A stretch of 64,000 bases of DNA from Lingula anatina (taxonomy: Eukaryota; Animalia; Brachiopoda): the NCBI GenBank assembly GCA_051362555.1, contig CM120646.1, positions 6,510,001 through 6,574,000 on the forward strand, written 5' to 3'. A program made the translations under genes and the position numbers. Under the pieces are notes generated by a model that made no database searches, was not told where the DNA came from, and saw only the letters and a program-made list of their open reading frames with translations. Below, piece by piece: positions 1 to 14,100 of this stretch. Positions within the stretch are counted from its first letter, which is position 1. Each line of letters opens with the position of its first letter.

Positions 1-440
1 AACAGACGTCCTATTAAACCTTTTGAGGATAAAGTGTTGTTAAGTGATCATTGGTAATTACTTTACGCCTTTACAAGGCCAATTGCCCCCCAGACACCCG
101 CATGAGTAACGCACGGGTTCCACTTGAAGGAATGTCTAAAGAAAATGGAAATTTAATTTTTTATGTTTTGTGTTCGAAATTGTAACAAAAAGCTCCGTTT
201 TTGTTTCAATGTTGTACAACATCTCATTCGTTTTTTTCTCTGCTATACCCTTTTATGAATATTTCAAAATTCATTTTAAATAAATCTACAGAGGTGACAC
301 ATTTATTTCTTCATACAATGTTATGATTATCTCTAAATTGCCATGTCTATATGTTTACAAATATTAAAGTATTTGGAAAAGTGTAAAACAAACGCTCTTT
401 GGTAAAATTGCTTCTGAAAACGCTTTGAAATAAACAATGA

Positions 441-794
<354 letters not shown>

Positions 795-2976
795 TTTTTA
801 GATAAGACATTTATAGTAAAATTTCCCAATATAGCAACAATGTTCTTATACAAAGGTCGAATGGCAATGGAAATCTTTGTGCTATCAGTCTGTTAGACAT
901 GACGTTCTCATGACGTTCTCTTGCTTAAGACTGTTCCGAAGACATGTGTGAAAACACTATGTAGTAATGGTGCGGTAACGCACTGTTCGCTGCGGTAACG
1001 TTGGAATCAAAGACAACAGGACATGTAAATATTTTAATTACGGAAGTAGTTGTAGGGTTCAGTGTCCCAATTTTAGTCAGACACAGTCTAATTTTAGAGT
1101 TACCTCCTATATTCTGCGAGAAACATTTTGATTTAAAATCTAATCATAGCCTGAACAAGGAATTTGCAAAACTGAAACCCATAAAATATACACAACTGAG
1201 GTTGCCTTGTCGGCAAAGGGGATTCTTAATTGGTCAATTTTTCAGAAAGAGGTAGCAGGGAAATATTGAATTACGGAATCTCATTACGCTTGCTTGCGTG
1301 TAAAATATAATCTGGTATTCCAGTGATGTAAATATTATATGATATATCTGTTCGTTTTACGTGTGTTTCATTCGCATTGTGTAAGTATTTTACGTCTTGA
1401 AATCAGTTATTCTTCTATTAAGATTATTTACAGAAATGTTAGCGTCGACAACAAAAACTTACGGACGGTATGCTCAAGGAATATATAGGAAATGACATGC
1501 CAGACTGACGAAAAAGCCCATTTGACATTCAACAAGATTTAGCAAAAAAGACTTGTGAATTTTTGACGCGTTACTTGTCATTAAATATACTAACGCTCCA
1601 TGGTCATTCAGCAACAAAGCTATCTTTTCCAAGACAGAAAGCAATCACTTAGTTTATAACACCCACATCCTGTCAAAATGAACTGTCAGACCGGGATTTA
1701 TATATTTTAAATGTGCCAAGCCCCCCTAAAACTACCTATGCCTCGGCACTTAAAGGTATGACGAATATGTCTATATTGCCAGTAGTTTGTTTAGTGTGCC
1801 AAACATTGCTGGAAACAATACCTTTATTTTTATTTGGTCATCCATATGTGTCAATGGAATATTTTTGTCAATACTGAATATAAGATAATGTTATTTAATG
1901 CCATCTGTATAAAAAAAATCAACAATATAGATCATATTGACCCATAGACCGGGAAGCCCACCCATAAAAGTACACACTTTTACAAAAGGAATATACTTGC
2001 TAGCGCACACACAATAACGCCAACACTCGCATAAGCACACAAGAAGCCACATACACATATACATAAACAACATGCTAACGCACTCACACGCACGCACAAG
2101 CGCGCAATCAAGGACACACATTGCATACAAATAGTAAATAGAATACATTGATCAGTCCCAGCTTCATGGTCCCATCGCTGCGACTCACCTTGCAAGCGAC
2201 AAAATTGTGTCAAAATGTGTTTTATATTTCGTAGTCTAGTTTTTGGTTATATATATACAACCATGTTTTTAAGGAAAGGAAACGAATAATAATGTTACAT
2301 ATACAATTATTGTTTTTTTTAAATCTCTCTCCACCTTTTAACTAAAAGCAGTTTAAGAATTTTAGGTACCGATTACATGGGATTCATTTTTTCAAAAGCA
2401 CATACTGTTCCACTGTATTATTAGAATCCTGATGATTTTGACAAAATATGAGTTATGTCGAACCTATTTTGTAAAGATAAAATATTAACCTAGTTTGCTA
2501 CATTAAGCTTCTGAGGCAGTTGTTAATGATGTTTCTAAAATAAGTAGTATAGCATTAAAATTGAGACAGTACCTTTACAAAGACTGAACCCAATCGTGTA
2601 CTGTAGAATAGCAATTATGTCGAGAAAAAAACAAGCGTATTTACGTGTTGACAAATGTTGTTGTTTCTTTTTAATGTTATTTAGAAATTGATCAGTTGGT
2701 TAAAATGCCATAAGCTTAAGTCTGTGTTATTTGTATATAATACTTTAATGCCAGCATTTTATGTTTTATAAAAAAACAAAGTTACAGCATTGAAATTTGG
2801 TTTGAAATTAAAGCTGTGTCGGCCATACACGTGCTCAATTCAAAATGATTTCTTAATATTTTGCCATGTATGTGTAAAAGAAGTTGTACAAAGCAATTTT
2901 GTCATAATAAATAATTTATTACGATAGATTATTAAAAAGATATATATTGCATTTGTTGTTGTTCTTTTCTAATAAA
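795..2976 (+). other. Putative Scr 3'UTR ending near AATAAA signals
   Basis: AATAAA at 2906-2911 and 2971-2976 with a GT/T-rich tract between them; AU-rich sequence; true 3' end not provable from DNA. Confidence 0.35.
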
Positions 2977-5900
2977 CTACAGTTTGATGTATTTATAATG
3001 ATACATAACTACTAATCCGCTATAAACAATCGAATGAGTATTTATAGAAAGATTTAAGGTAAACACAATTGTGAGATAAATACAGTCTCTTAACACAGAC
3101 AGTTATTATTTTGTTGTTGATGCCTACGTTATCTTCGTGCTTAAAGCAATAAGCTTATGAGTTAAAATCTACATCCGACTGGAAGACGATATATACACAG
3201 ATAACTACAAGACGGTAATCAATGCGAAGCTGAAACATGATAAGATAAATGGAACAGTGGACCACGTGGAAAAAAAAGAAAAAAAAAGGTATAAAAAAAC
3301 ACGGATGAAATGAGTGGATCTTTCTCAGAAGCTTGTTTTAAGACAATGCCAGTGAATTATAAATACATAAAGTAAACGTGTTATAATAATTTTACAAGCA
3401 AAAATACCAGCAAAAGCACCAAAATGCTACTTATCAGTCATATTAAAATAAAATATAATACAATTGTTAATAGATGGTTTAAAAATGACAGTAAATATAG
3501 TCCAACGTTGGGGCTTCAGCCCCTCGCCAGATTTTTTCCACACTAGTCTAAAGGAAATAACGCCAGGGTTTCTGTCAGCGTCCGTTGAGATATGACGATC
3601 ACCAGCAGATAAATCGTCTTCAAAGCATGTCGGTTATTTGTGCTAGCTTCGGCTTGTCAACTGAGTCGTGTGTGAAGACGCCATTTTGAGACTCTGTGTC
3701 TGCCCAGCAGCAGCTAGAAGACGTGACGGCGCATACAGTTTTGTTTGGGAGAGAAAAACAGACTGACGGTTACCTAATGTGGTCGGCCATTGGTATTCAA
3801 GAAGTGGCAACCCATAAGGGCCATTTACTTTTAGGTCATTTTGTTCGTTGACATGATTGATTTTTTAACTTGAAATATTGTACGCGTATTAGACCAATAT
3901 CTAGTGTTTGATAGTGAATGAATTTAAGAGTAACTAGACATATCGCTGGAAGTACAGAAGCCCACGCCACGCTTAAGTCCATGCATTCTCTTCTGGTTTT
4001 GCACATTTTTTAATTAAATATTTTTGAAATAATGAAATACTGTCTCGTTCAAAATTTCAACACATATAAACAGCTAATCCGGAGTACAACGTTTTAATGT
4101 CAATACGAAAATAATTTTAACTGAATATTTGCCATGAGGTGCTTCTTCGTTGATGGTTGGTTTTAAAAGGACGTTGATGACCGCAAAACTGGACAAACGC
4201 TTTCCATCGCATGATCTCAAACTAAGGAATCTCAATTTTTTTGGCAAACGGATATTTTTTCAACTGGAAACGTCTAACTCGACCCGGTGCCCTCTTTTTT
4301 GTTAGATCTATTGTGATGTTTTCGATTAAATTTCAAACTGCACTTTCATCCATATTAAAGTGACTTTTCAAATTTTGCGCAAAATAAGGATTCATGGTTG
4401 TTTTGCTGAAAACAGGCCCCGTTTCGTGAGGAAGAGCGCACGTGATATTCCGTGCCATAAACCATTGTAGGATTTCACATAAACCATAACGACGTTATCA
4501 GTTCACAATATATGAGGCTTTGTTGCAGATTACTTTTGTTTCGAAAACTCGTGTCACTAAGCACCAGTTATATTTAAATAAATGTATCTGCCTCGTACTC
4601 ATTGGAAAGAAAACCCAAGCCCACATAAGAGCGGCACTTTCATTCACATTTGCGTCTCCTTTCTGCGTGAAAACCCAAAATATTAAAAAATCATTAAAAA
4701 GGAGCATAAATATTATTTAAGTTACTCAATAATTGTCAAAAAAAAAAAAAAATACACTCAAAAAATTATTTTGACATCAGTTGGTGTTAATATTTGAACA
4801 ACCGGAGTCTTTTTCGACAGGCACGTTATTGCAAAAATTAATGAATTGTACGATTTATCAAATATACAGAAATTAAGAAGATGAATTAGTACATTAATAA
4901 ACAAACAAAGGAATAAATAAATAAATAAATAAATATGTTTAGTTGTCCACATGTTTTTCTACAACGACGGTTTGGTCTAAAGGACGAATGTTCACAAAAG
5001 TATTGAATAACTGACTTAAACAACTGACAACTGACTACTCTTCGTATGCTAGCTATAATTCACAATAAGTACATTGTAAATAACTCATATAAATATACTA
5101 TATTCTATTTTACCACAAAAACGTCAATTATAGCAATTATTTTGAAACTGTGCTTGTCGTCGGACCACGTGACCCCCATAGATGGCTATATTTCTTAAAA
5201 CATTATTACAAAAATTGTTTAGAAAAAAAAGACAGGGACGGACTTTGAATGTAGAAATGGATTCATTAACCATTGGTAAGTATGGGAAATTGTTGTTTAC
5301 CCTAGGAAATTTTTTTTTTCGCCAGAATCAACAGTTGTTCTCCTTTAAAGACTTCAAGGAAATCAAAACAATTGTTTTAATATTTGGATGTAGATTAGCA
5401 GAATAACAACAGAAATATAATTAAAATGCAACAATTGCATATTTGAGCAATACAAACTATTTTCATATTGAATTTGTGAAATATAAATCCTGATTATAAC
5501 TGAATCTACGAATATCTGTGGATTGAGTGAAGTAACAGTTTGATAAAATGCCAGCTTTTTGATAGAAAAAGTATCACTTTGTTGCAATATCTAGCCAAAT
5601 ACATTTAAATGATTATACCTCATACACACTATAGGGAAATGATTCCGGAGTAATTTTGATCCCTGAAATGAGAAGTTTCGCCTTACTGTACATCACCAAG
5701 ATGCACGGTATCATTTTACTGAAAGTTTTTGGTGATAGAATATCATTTAATGATATGAAAAAGCGCATGAAAACCTTACTATGGAGTAACATAGCGCATT
5801 TTGAACAATTGTACAATAAATTTAAGTAGGAAACACGGGAAATGGGATGACTGTAGCTATTGCATGAGAGAAAAAACTGTAGATTTCGATAGCATCCCTC

Positions 5901-6812
5901 AAATTCCTATATTAACACCATTTCATTTTATTCATTCATTCAATCATTTGAAACACTGACAAATCATTTATTCAAGATCAATTTTCGAATGTCAAACGAC
6001 TGATTAATGCGTATACAACCTGTATATCCTACGGTTCAGACACCCACGGGTGATCCGAATTTTGACGATTTTTACAATACGCTCAACTAAGTCGACATTT
6101 AGAAATGTAGAAGGTTGATACTGACAAGTAACAATATTGTTTGACTTTGATGCAAATGATTTCAGGTAAATGAATAAATAAATTAATAAAAATATTGAAC
6201 TATCTCATAAGATTGAGTGTTTTACACATCTGATATTCTGATTAAAAAGTTTGCAAAGAGCGAAAATTATAATGAGCATGGCAAGCATTTAGCAACTAAT
6301 AAACCCATTCACATTTCTCTTCTCATGAAGATCAATCTTGATTGTAAGACTGCTTATCGCGGCATATAGATATCGAGGTCGGTGCGCAAAGCGGTCGTTC
6401 CACTCACAACTGCTCATAAAATCCGTTGAAGGATCAAGCGCTCTTGGTCTACCCAGCGCGTATAATGCTTGCCATAAATCCCTTCCAACTCATGAATGAA
6501 AAAAGCAACGGCTAAATCTTTTATCCATAATTGTCTCGGCGTTAGTTCAAGGAGCTAGAGTCGTCAAGATGATGCATGGAGTCCATTAGCGACGATGCTA
6601 TCTGTCAAGTTATTGTCACATATGATGCTGAGCACTCGACATCACGCGTAATGGGCTGTACACAATACACAGCGATGGAACGGGTCAAAGGGAGAGGCCA
6701 TTCATAGAACATACCGCCATTTTTTCATTTTTCTTTTCTTTTCTTTTTTTTTTTTGGGTGTGCGGGGTGTATCTTGGGTTTTTCTATAAGTGTACGCGTG
6801 CGCGCGAGTGTG

Positions 6813-6815
<3 letters not shown>

Positions 6816-6843
<28 letters not shown>
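6816..6843 (+). repeat. (GA)14 microsatellite
   Basis: Direct reading of the sequence. Confidence 0.95.
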
Positions 6844-6846
<3 letters not shown>

Positions 6847-7990
6847 GATTTTCTTCGAATATACGCAAACAAAGAGAAAAACAATGGCAGATATACTTGA
6901 TAACAAGGACCAATATTTTAGAAAAAAAAAGAAGATATACTGATATATATATAATGCTTTTATTGTTTTGAGACAAATATCTTAGTGGTAAATAAAAACA
7001 CGTTTTCATTATTTGTGCAATAAATCACCAGCTCTTCCTTATAAAAGACCAAACTTGAAGCGACCTAAATAATCTCACACAGCATTGATAGGTTTACTAT
7101 ATATTATTCCTGTCTTTATCCTATCCACACCCAACACCACTTTAACACCAAAGTCCTGTCGACGAGATTGGATACCGACTTGATTGCAATAACCAACACA
7201 CATGCCTCCATAGCATAGGAAAAACACGTGGAAGTGACTAACATGATTCCAATAAACGCTGCCCACGTCATCTACATCGACAACGTTCGTTCTATTTGTC
7301 ATTTTAAACGTACGTGAGCCGGTCTTTAGAGGTGACAAAAGTCACAAAGGCCACGCGGTAAAATGGGTGCTAACGTGCCTGGAAGCATCAATAAAATAAC
7401 CGACCACAGCTTTACCCAAAGACTCTTTGTTGCAGTAGACGTATTATTATCTTCCTTAAACAATATCATGAATTATACATTGTTTGAAATTTTCTGAACA
7501 GTTATCTTGTAGATAGAGACGTTTTCTCGACGGGTGGCCGTCATTAAAACGCCATGATGTTGTCTCAACTAACACATTTAGCGCATTCTTCCACGTACAA
7601 ACAGCACACTCACCCACCGCGCGATGACAGATGCATAATTAAATAATTACCGCGGGAAACGGGAAAGAAATGAGAAGGATGGACAAAATTAAATAAATAA
7701 ATAAAATAATAAATAAAATAAAATCTGCAAAAACTTGATTTAGTATGTCCTTTGGAAACAGTCTTGACAAAGCCTTCTGCAGAGCAGGATGTTTGGATAC
7801 TTTGCATATACAGAATCTTAATAACATTTTCCATAGTCATTGGTCATATTTTGTTTGGTACTTTTATATGAACATGTACTTTTAGGTTTTGCATTTTTTT
7901 CTCTTTTTCTTATTTCCAATCGTCACGCTGAAATGCGTGGTAGAGGTCTTAAGGTTTTGATTGTTATCATAAGTCAAAGATACTGTTATC

Positions 7991-9078
7991 TTCAAAAATC
8001 CTGTTTCTGATCTTTCATTATGACTAGGGCTTATGTCTTAAGACGAGTTGAATCACTTTTTTGTTATGAAACCTAATGATACTAACAGTGGGAGTAAAAA
8101 TGAATGGAATGCATGTTTTTTGTCAATTATAACTGGTCTGTTATTGTCTTACGAAACAGAGATCTTGATAACAAATCAGGTGGCGGGACGGGTAGAGGCT
8201 TTAAGTCAAAGGGTCATGGAATTTAAGTACTGGGAAATTGTTCAATATTTAAACCTTTGAAATTTAACTTATGTGGATTATTTCCTTCTAAAAAAAAAAA
8301 AAAACAGTCTCTTGCAGTGTTACAGGAAAGCATTCCCAGCTAATAACTTGCAAAAGTTACAAATTATTGTGTGGTTTTATTCTGAAGAAATATTTTTAGA
8401 GTAAAAAAGGAGCATTTTCAATAATGGCAAAGATGTGGCTGAGAGTGTCCGGCATTAGAATTCTTAAAGCGAGAAGGGCTGTTTTTTCCTTGTCGCGGGA
8501 GAAAAAATAATAAAATAAAGAAAAAAACACGAGTTTTAAATTTGCACACTCATGGGAACTGTGAGGGGAGGTCCTACACATGTAACATTGATATTTCAAA
8601 GCATCCAACAAAAGAAATGACAAGTATAAGCATGCATTTCCATGTCTTCCTCGTGTAATTGCAAAGAGAAATGGGATTTTAGAACTGGGGAATTGTTCAA
8701 ATTTAAACCTTTGAAATTTCAATCTTCAAGAAATTGTGTTTTTGATCTTTTTTTTTTATAACTTAGGCTAATGTCTCAGGACGAGTTAAATCACTTTTCG
8801 GTAATGAAAACTAAGTATGATAAAAGTGGAAGTGAGAATGAATGGAGTGCGTGTTTTTGTCTTTTGTAACTGGTCTGTTAAGCCCCCCTTTACACTAGAC
8901 GGGGTCCTTTCTGCGTCCCGTAGTGTGGCCTCGTTAGAGAATAAAAAATAATAACACTTTACGTGCCGACAACTGGTCGGTCACTGAGCATTCATTCTGC
9001 AAACAAAGCGATGCTTTTGCCTCCTTTCTACGACCACAGCGATGCCAGTTTCACCTATCGCACAAGACGCAAAAAAGA

Positions 9079-9121
<43 letters not shown>

Positions 9122-10207
9122 TTTTTGGGGGGGGCTTACCATCTTATGAAACAGAGTTCTTGATAACACATCAGTTGGAGGAGGGGCAGAGGCTTTAGGT
9201 CAAAGAGATAATGGATTTTAGTACTGGGTATCTGTTCAAAACATCATTCTCTGAAATTTCACTAATGTGGATTATTTTTACTAAAAAACACTGCCACCTG
9301 TAGTGTTACGGGAGAGCCTTCACAGTTTTTACATAAAGTTTGGTTTTATTCTAGAAAATTGTGTCAATTATAAGAGTGTAAGAAGCATTTTTGATAATGG
9401 CAAAGATGTGGTCTGAGGTTGTCCGAAATTTGAATTAAATAACACTCAAGAAGTTTTTTTTTGTTCTTGTCAAGGGTGAAAAAATGTTAACACAAAGAAA
9501 AATAACACAAGTTTTAAATTTGCACACTCATGGGAACTGAGAGTTGGGAAGTCCTACACATGTAACATTGATATTCAAAGCTACCAACAAAAGAAATGAC
9601 AAGTGTAAGCAAGCATTTCCATGTCTTCCTCGTGCAGAATAGCAAAAAACATATTCTTTCCCGTCAGCCCTGTGATTAAACTTACGAGATCAAACTTACG
9701 AAACAGAGGTCTTTGTAACAAAGCAGGCAGGTGTGTGTGTATTTGTGGTAGAGGCTTTAGGCCGAAGGGTAATAAAATTTTAGTACTGGGAAATTGTTCA
9801 AAATTTAAACCTCTGAAACTTCACCGATGTGACTTATTTACTTCTCAAAAATCACTTCCACTTGTAGTGTTACAGGAAAGTTTTCCCAACTCCTAATTTG
9901 CAAAAGTTACTCAATTGTAAAGTTTGGTTTTATTCTGAAAAATTGTGCCATATTATAAAAGTTAAAGGAGCATTTTTGATAATGACAAAAAATTGGTCTA
10001 AGGTTGTCTGACATTAGAATTCGATAACATGCGAGAAAGGCTGAAAAAATTATAACACAGAGAAAAATAACACGAAATTTAAATTTGCACACTCATGGGA
10101 ACTGAAAATGGGGCTCCGAATACTGACATTTCAAAGCTAACAACAAAAGAAAGGGCAAGTATTAGTATGCTTTTCCATCTTCCTCGTGGAGAATTTTGAA
10201 AAACATC
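7991..10207 (+). repeat. Diverged triple tandem duplication of a ~500-700 bp unit
   Basis: Copy 1 ~7991-8665, copy 2 ~8724-9650 (with insertion), copy 3 (5'-truncated) ~9695-10207. Shared anchors: cttaYgaaacagag, agaggcttta, agtactggg, tttaaatttgcacactcatgggaactg, caacaaaagaaa, tcttcctcgtg. Confidence 0.9.
8881..9136. mobile_element. Short non-autonomous DNA transposon (MITE) inserted in copy 2 of the tandem repeat
   Basis: Ends AGCCCCCC...GGGGGGCT, flanked by duplicated TA (or TTA if the element ends at 9135). Removing it restores length-exact alignment to copy 1 (ggtctgtta|ttgtcttacgaaac vs ggtctgtta|ccatcttatgaaac). Contains (GT)n at 9081-9118. Confidence 0.75.
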
Positions 10208-10577
10208 ATCTTGCCTATCGGTCCCGTGATCAGACGCGCAGGAGGAGAACAATTCCCTCATTGTTCTTCACACTCGGGGGCTACACGCGAGAGGTTCTTG
10301 GGTTAGCAACCAGGGTGAGGACGAGTTAGGTAAGGGCAATTAATGGCGAGGTCTTCCAGCCAAGTTGGTGATGAGTAACGCGGAAAGTGAACTCTTGTCA
10401 CCGTGACTTCTTCTGGAAACGAGTTGATCGGCTCCATAACGCCAAGTTCATGGACCCAGCTTTCAATCTGATGCAGTGGGAAAACGTGTAGGTGCCGTGT
10501 TATTTGCGGAGGTATGCGTTGGCACGTGCGTGTGAAACTTTGTCGCACTCTCCCTCTCTCCCAACCCCTCCTTTCGA

Positions 10578-10599
10578 TGTGTGTGTGTGTGTGTGTGTG
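10578..10599 (+). repeat. (TG)11 microsatellite
   Basis: Direct reading. Confidence 0.9.
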
Positions 10600-10667
10600 C
10601 ACAAGCACGAACACATAAGGTATATCCCATTGAACTTTCAAAAATTTACTGCTCTGACTGATAGCAA

Positions 10668-11125
10668 CAAATATACTTGTGAAAACTTACATATTGTAGT
10701 ATTGTGCAAATAAACTTGTGCAGTTTTATATTTTGTAGTTCAGTAAAATAAACTTGTGCAAATTTATCAATTGTAGTATGTACATGTAGTACAAATATAC
10801 CTTATGCAAAGTTATATATTGCAGTGTAGTAGATTAAATATACTTGTGCAATCGTATATATTGCAGTATAGTACAAATGTATTTGTGTAAACTTTAGTAT
10901 AGCACAAATAAACATATGTACACCTATAATATAGTAAAGTGCAGATTAAACTTGTACTTTGGCAAAGTACAGAAATACCTATCCAAACTTGAACTTAATT
11001 GAGCACAAATATACCTATGCGGACTAATACTGTACATAGAATAGTAAAATGTGCTTGTGCAAACTTGTATATTGTATTTCAGTGCAAATATGGCTATGCA
11101 AACTTATATAATGTAGTGCATTACA
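10668..11125 (+). repeat. Degenerate ~39-bp minisatellite, about 11-12 copies
   Basis: Approximate consensus CAAATATACTTGTGCAAACTTATATATTGTAGTATAGTG; the first two units start at 10668 and 10707. Confidence 0.8.
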
Positions 11126-14100
11126 AGGGTTTTGGACAAGAGCCGTCACATTAGCATGTCCACGCACCCAATCACTTAAAACATCCCTTTAATTGTTTTC
11201 TTAATAATTTTAATATAATTTGGCAATCTTCACTTTCTGTTTACATTTGCTTGGCGCAAAATAAGCAATTCAAGCACAGTTTGTCTTCATGTTCTAATCA
11301 CGATCACCTAAGGTCGTGTTGTTGTTATCTAACCGTGACAACTGGTATTGAAATGTACAGCTGAAGAAACGACGATAGTAGACAATTGTTGATAAGGGAA
11401 TGTGTTTTAAGTATTTTTATGATTACTTGATTCAAATCCCCTAATTTCATCGAGACTTACCCATTGCATGGGTGTGACAAATGTCAGTGGACACACTTTT
11501 ATATTTTTGATTTGCTAAAAAAAAATGCTGCGGTTCTCCATCAAAAATAACTAGAAAAAAATTAATTGGTAAAAATGATTATGCCAACAAAAACAAAAAT
11601 TATTATAACTTGAGTTTTATCTAAATGGATAAGGAAAACCCCCTAAGTTATAGATCCCCATTCAGGCCTGGGGTCGGTTAGACATAATATGATTTGTCTA
11701 AGTGTTTGGACCAAAATATACTCGTTAGGAAATTTGTCGGTGTTAACTCCAATTAAGGCAGTCTGACTTCGCATGTTATCAAGATCTGAGAAGATGAGAA
11801 AGTCTTTGTTTTTGTGAATCTGGCTGGACCGGCCTGGTAAATTTTATCGATGGCAAAATCAAACTGAACTGAATAACCCCAATTGTCTGAAAGGTTATCG
11901 TAGTTTTGGCCATTGTAATTTAAAGGTCATAACTTTGGCAACCCCGGTTGCGTTTTCAGCATTTTTTTGTTTGTTCTTCTATCCATCATATTTGCTTATA
12001 ATATATGCACTACGAACTACGTTTTTTATGATGCTTACCTCTTGATCTATAAAATAATAACGATAGAATATAGAATAAGGATAAAAAGAAGAAACTCGGG
12101 TTTTGACATTCTGTAACGTGTATTCTCACTGTGATGTAATCTGACAAACAGACAAACAGGCAAAATATAAATACATTGATAAATGCACTTCTTGCTCAAA
12201 AACTTTCCTCATACAGTCATTTAAAAAAATTATCTAATTTCGTCGTAATGGCACGACTGATTTAAGATGCAATAAGAAAATGTCTCATCTCTCCATGTGA
12301 TTGCCTTGAAGGAAATTAAAACAAATTACAATTCAACTTTATATTGATCTCATTCAGTAGTATGCTTACATCGAATTTACAGTTCAACGCAGTCTGCATA
12401 AAGACTGCAAAGATATTCTTCACATATGATGAAAGTGTAGTTCTTATAAAGCAAATACATGTACAACAGAAAAATAATATTTACAATTTTAGTTATCCTC
12501 GACCATCAAACTTTTTGGATCATTTCCTGAGCCCGTCGAACTTTTTCATTAATTGTATAATTTTATATTGCATCCGACAGTTTACAAATGCAACTTCACA
12601 ACTTCATTATCAAAGGTAAAAACTATCATTAACTTACATTTTGGTTATCAAATATCGATGATCTGTGTAAACGACGGGCATTCCGATAAAATATGCAAAG
12701 TGTCCGATCCGAAATAATTACCATGTGAGGTACAAAATACTTTATTATTTCTTTTTTGTATGCCATTTGGCTTTATTTTGATATTGGATGGCTAATCCCA
12801 TTTTCATTTTATTCATTTCCACTCAACAAAACATATTTATATTAAAACTTTTAAAAAATCAAACTAACTGCATTAGGGTGACAGAAATCTATAGATTCTT
12901 TTCTGCTAAACTACACGTACGCCGCTTATAGAAAAATTCTGATTTATCCACTGGATTAGCTGTACATTGTGCTATTCTCCCTACACCTCTCCAATGACAC
13001 AGATCAGTGAATGTTCTTTTAAATGTATTAATGCTCCCAGACACACATGTCAGATACATTTAGTGTCCTTGAGGTCACCTTCAATTATTTGACCTGTAGA
13101 TTGCCTACTTAACGGAAGCGTTTTAGTCCTGAGATTGTTCCTTTGGCTTGGTAGCATAACTTAGGCTCACAAAAAAAGAAAAAAAAAAAAAGATTAATCA
13201 GTAGTAGCCCAGTAAGATGAACTGTTGCATCTGTTTAATCAAAGTGAAAACATTGCTTATGCTTCTGACTAATAAATTATTTTCTGACTGCCAAGGATTT
13301 TTGTCGAACTAAAATGGAGCATATTTATGATCTGATAGCTTTGACGGATTTTTGGGCTAAAGCTTTTTTTTCTTTTTTTTTTTTTTTTTTTTGAAATCGA
13401 CCCAAGGGCACTCTGGACTTTTTTTAATTTTTGCAGATCAGAAGTGTTGCGCATGCTGCAAACACATTATGTGATTTTTAGGTATGACAAATGGTTCATC
13501 CCCAGGCCGGCGACATGGCTTCAACTCCTACATACGGTGAGTTCAGCGCTGCAGTTACAATTTCTTTATGCTTCTCTTTGTTATGGAGAGGTCCAGAGTC
13601 CGGTCATTGTCCTCATCGTTCACTCTGGACGCGTGTACTTTGCTACTTGGGTCGTTCAGTCAGTTCAGCCGTTCTGTTACTCGACTGCTGACGTCATCTA
13701 GAACCAAACCAGTCCAAGCAAGACCGAGTCAGTGACTCAAACCATTGGACACTGGTTATAACTTCTACTTCTAGTCGAAAACAGGACAAATGCGTTAAAA
13801 CTTCTCGTGCAAACATTTTTTTCTATCGAGTTTTATGAAACGAATATATCTATCCTTTTTGTTGGCAGCTACAAAATTACAGGACCTTCCAAATGCTCAT
13901 ATTTGTATGCCGCTCGCTGTTATAAGGTGCATATCAGAATGCCAAAGCATTCCATCCTACTTTTGTAGTCGTTAATACTTACAAACACCTGCTCAGAAGT
14001 AAAATTATGTAATTTTAGCGCGTTTACAGTGATAACCTCTTTTTGTCAAATAGAGAAATACGTCAAGTGCGTTGTGGTTTGGGTCAAAAAGTGACAACAA

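Noticed and set aside
1891-2213. Cys/Val-rich minus-strand ORFs (similar one at 29180-29449)
   Set aside because: Artefacts of CA-rich low-complexity sequence.
8203-8216. DR2 retinoic-acid-response-like AAGTCA-aa-GGGTCA
   Set aside because: Non-canonical first half-site and not retained in the other two repeat copies.
10668-11125. CRISPR-like periodicity
   Set aside because: Head-to-tail degenerate units with no unique spacers, no cas genes, and an animal context.
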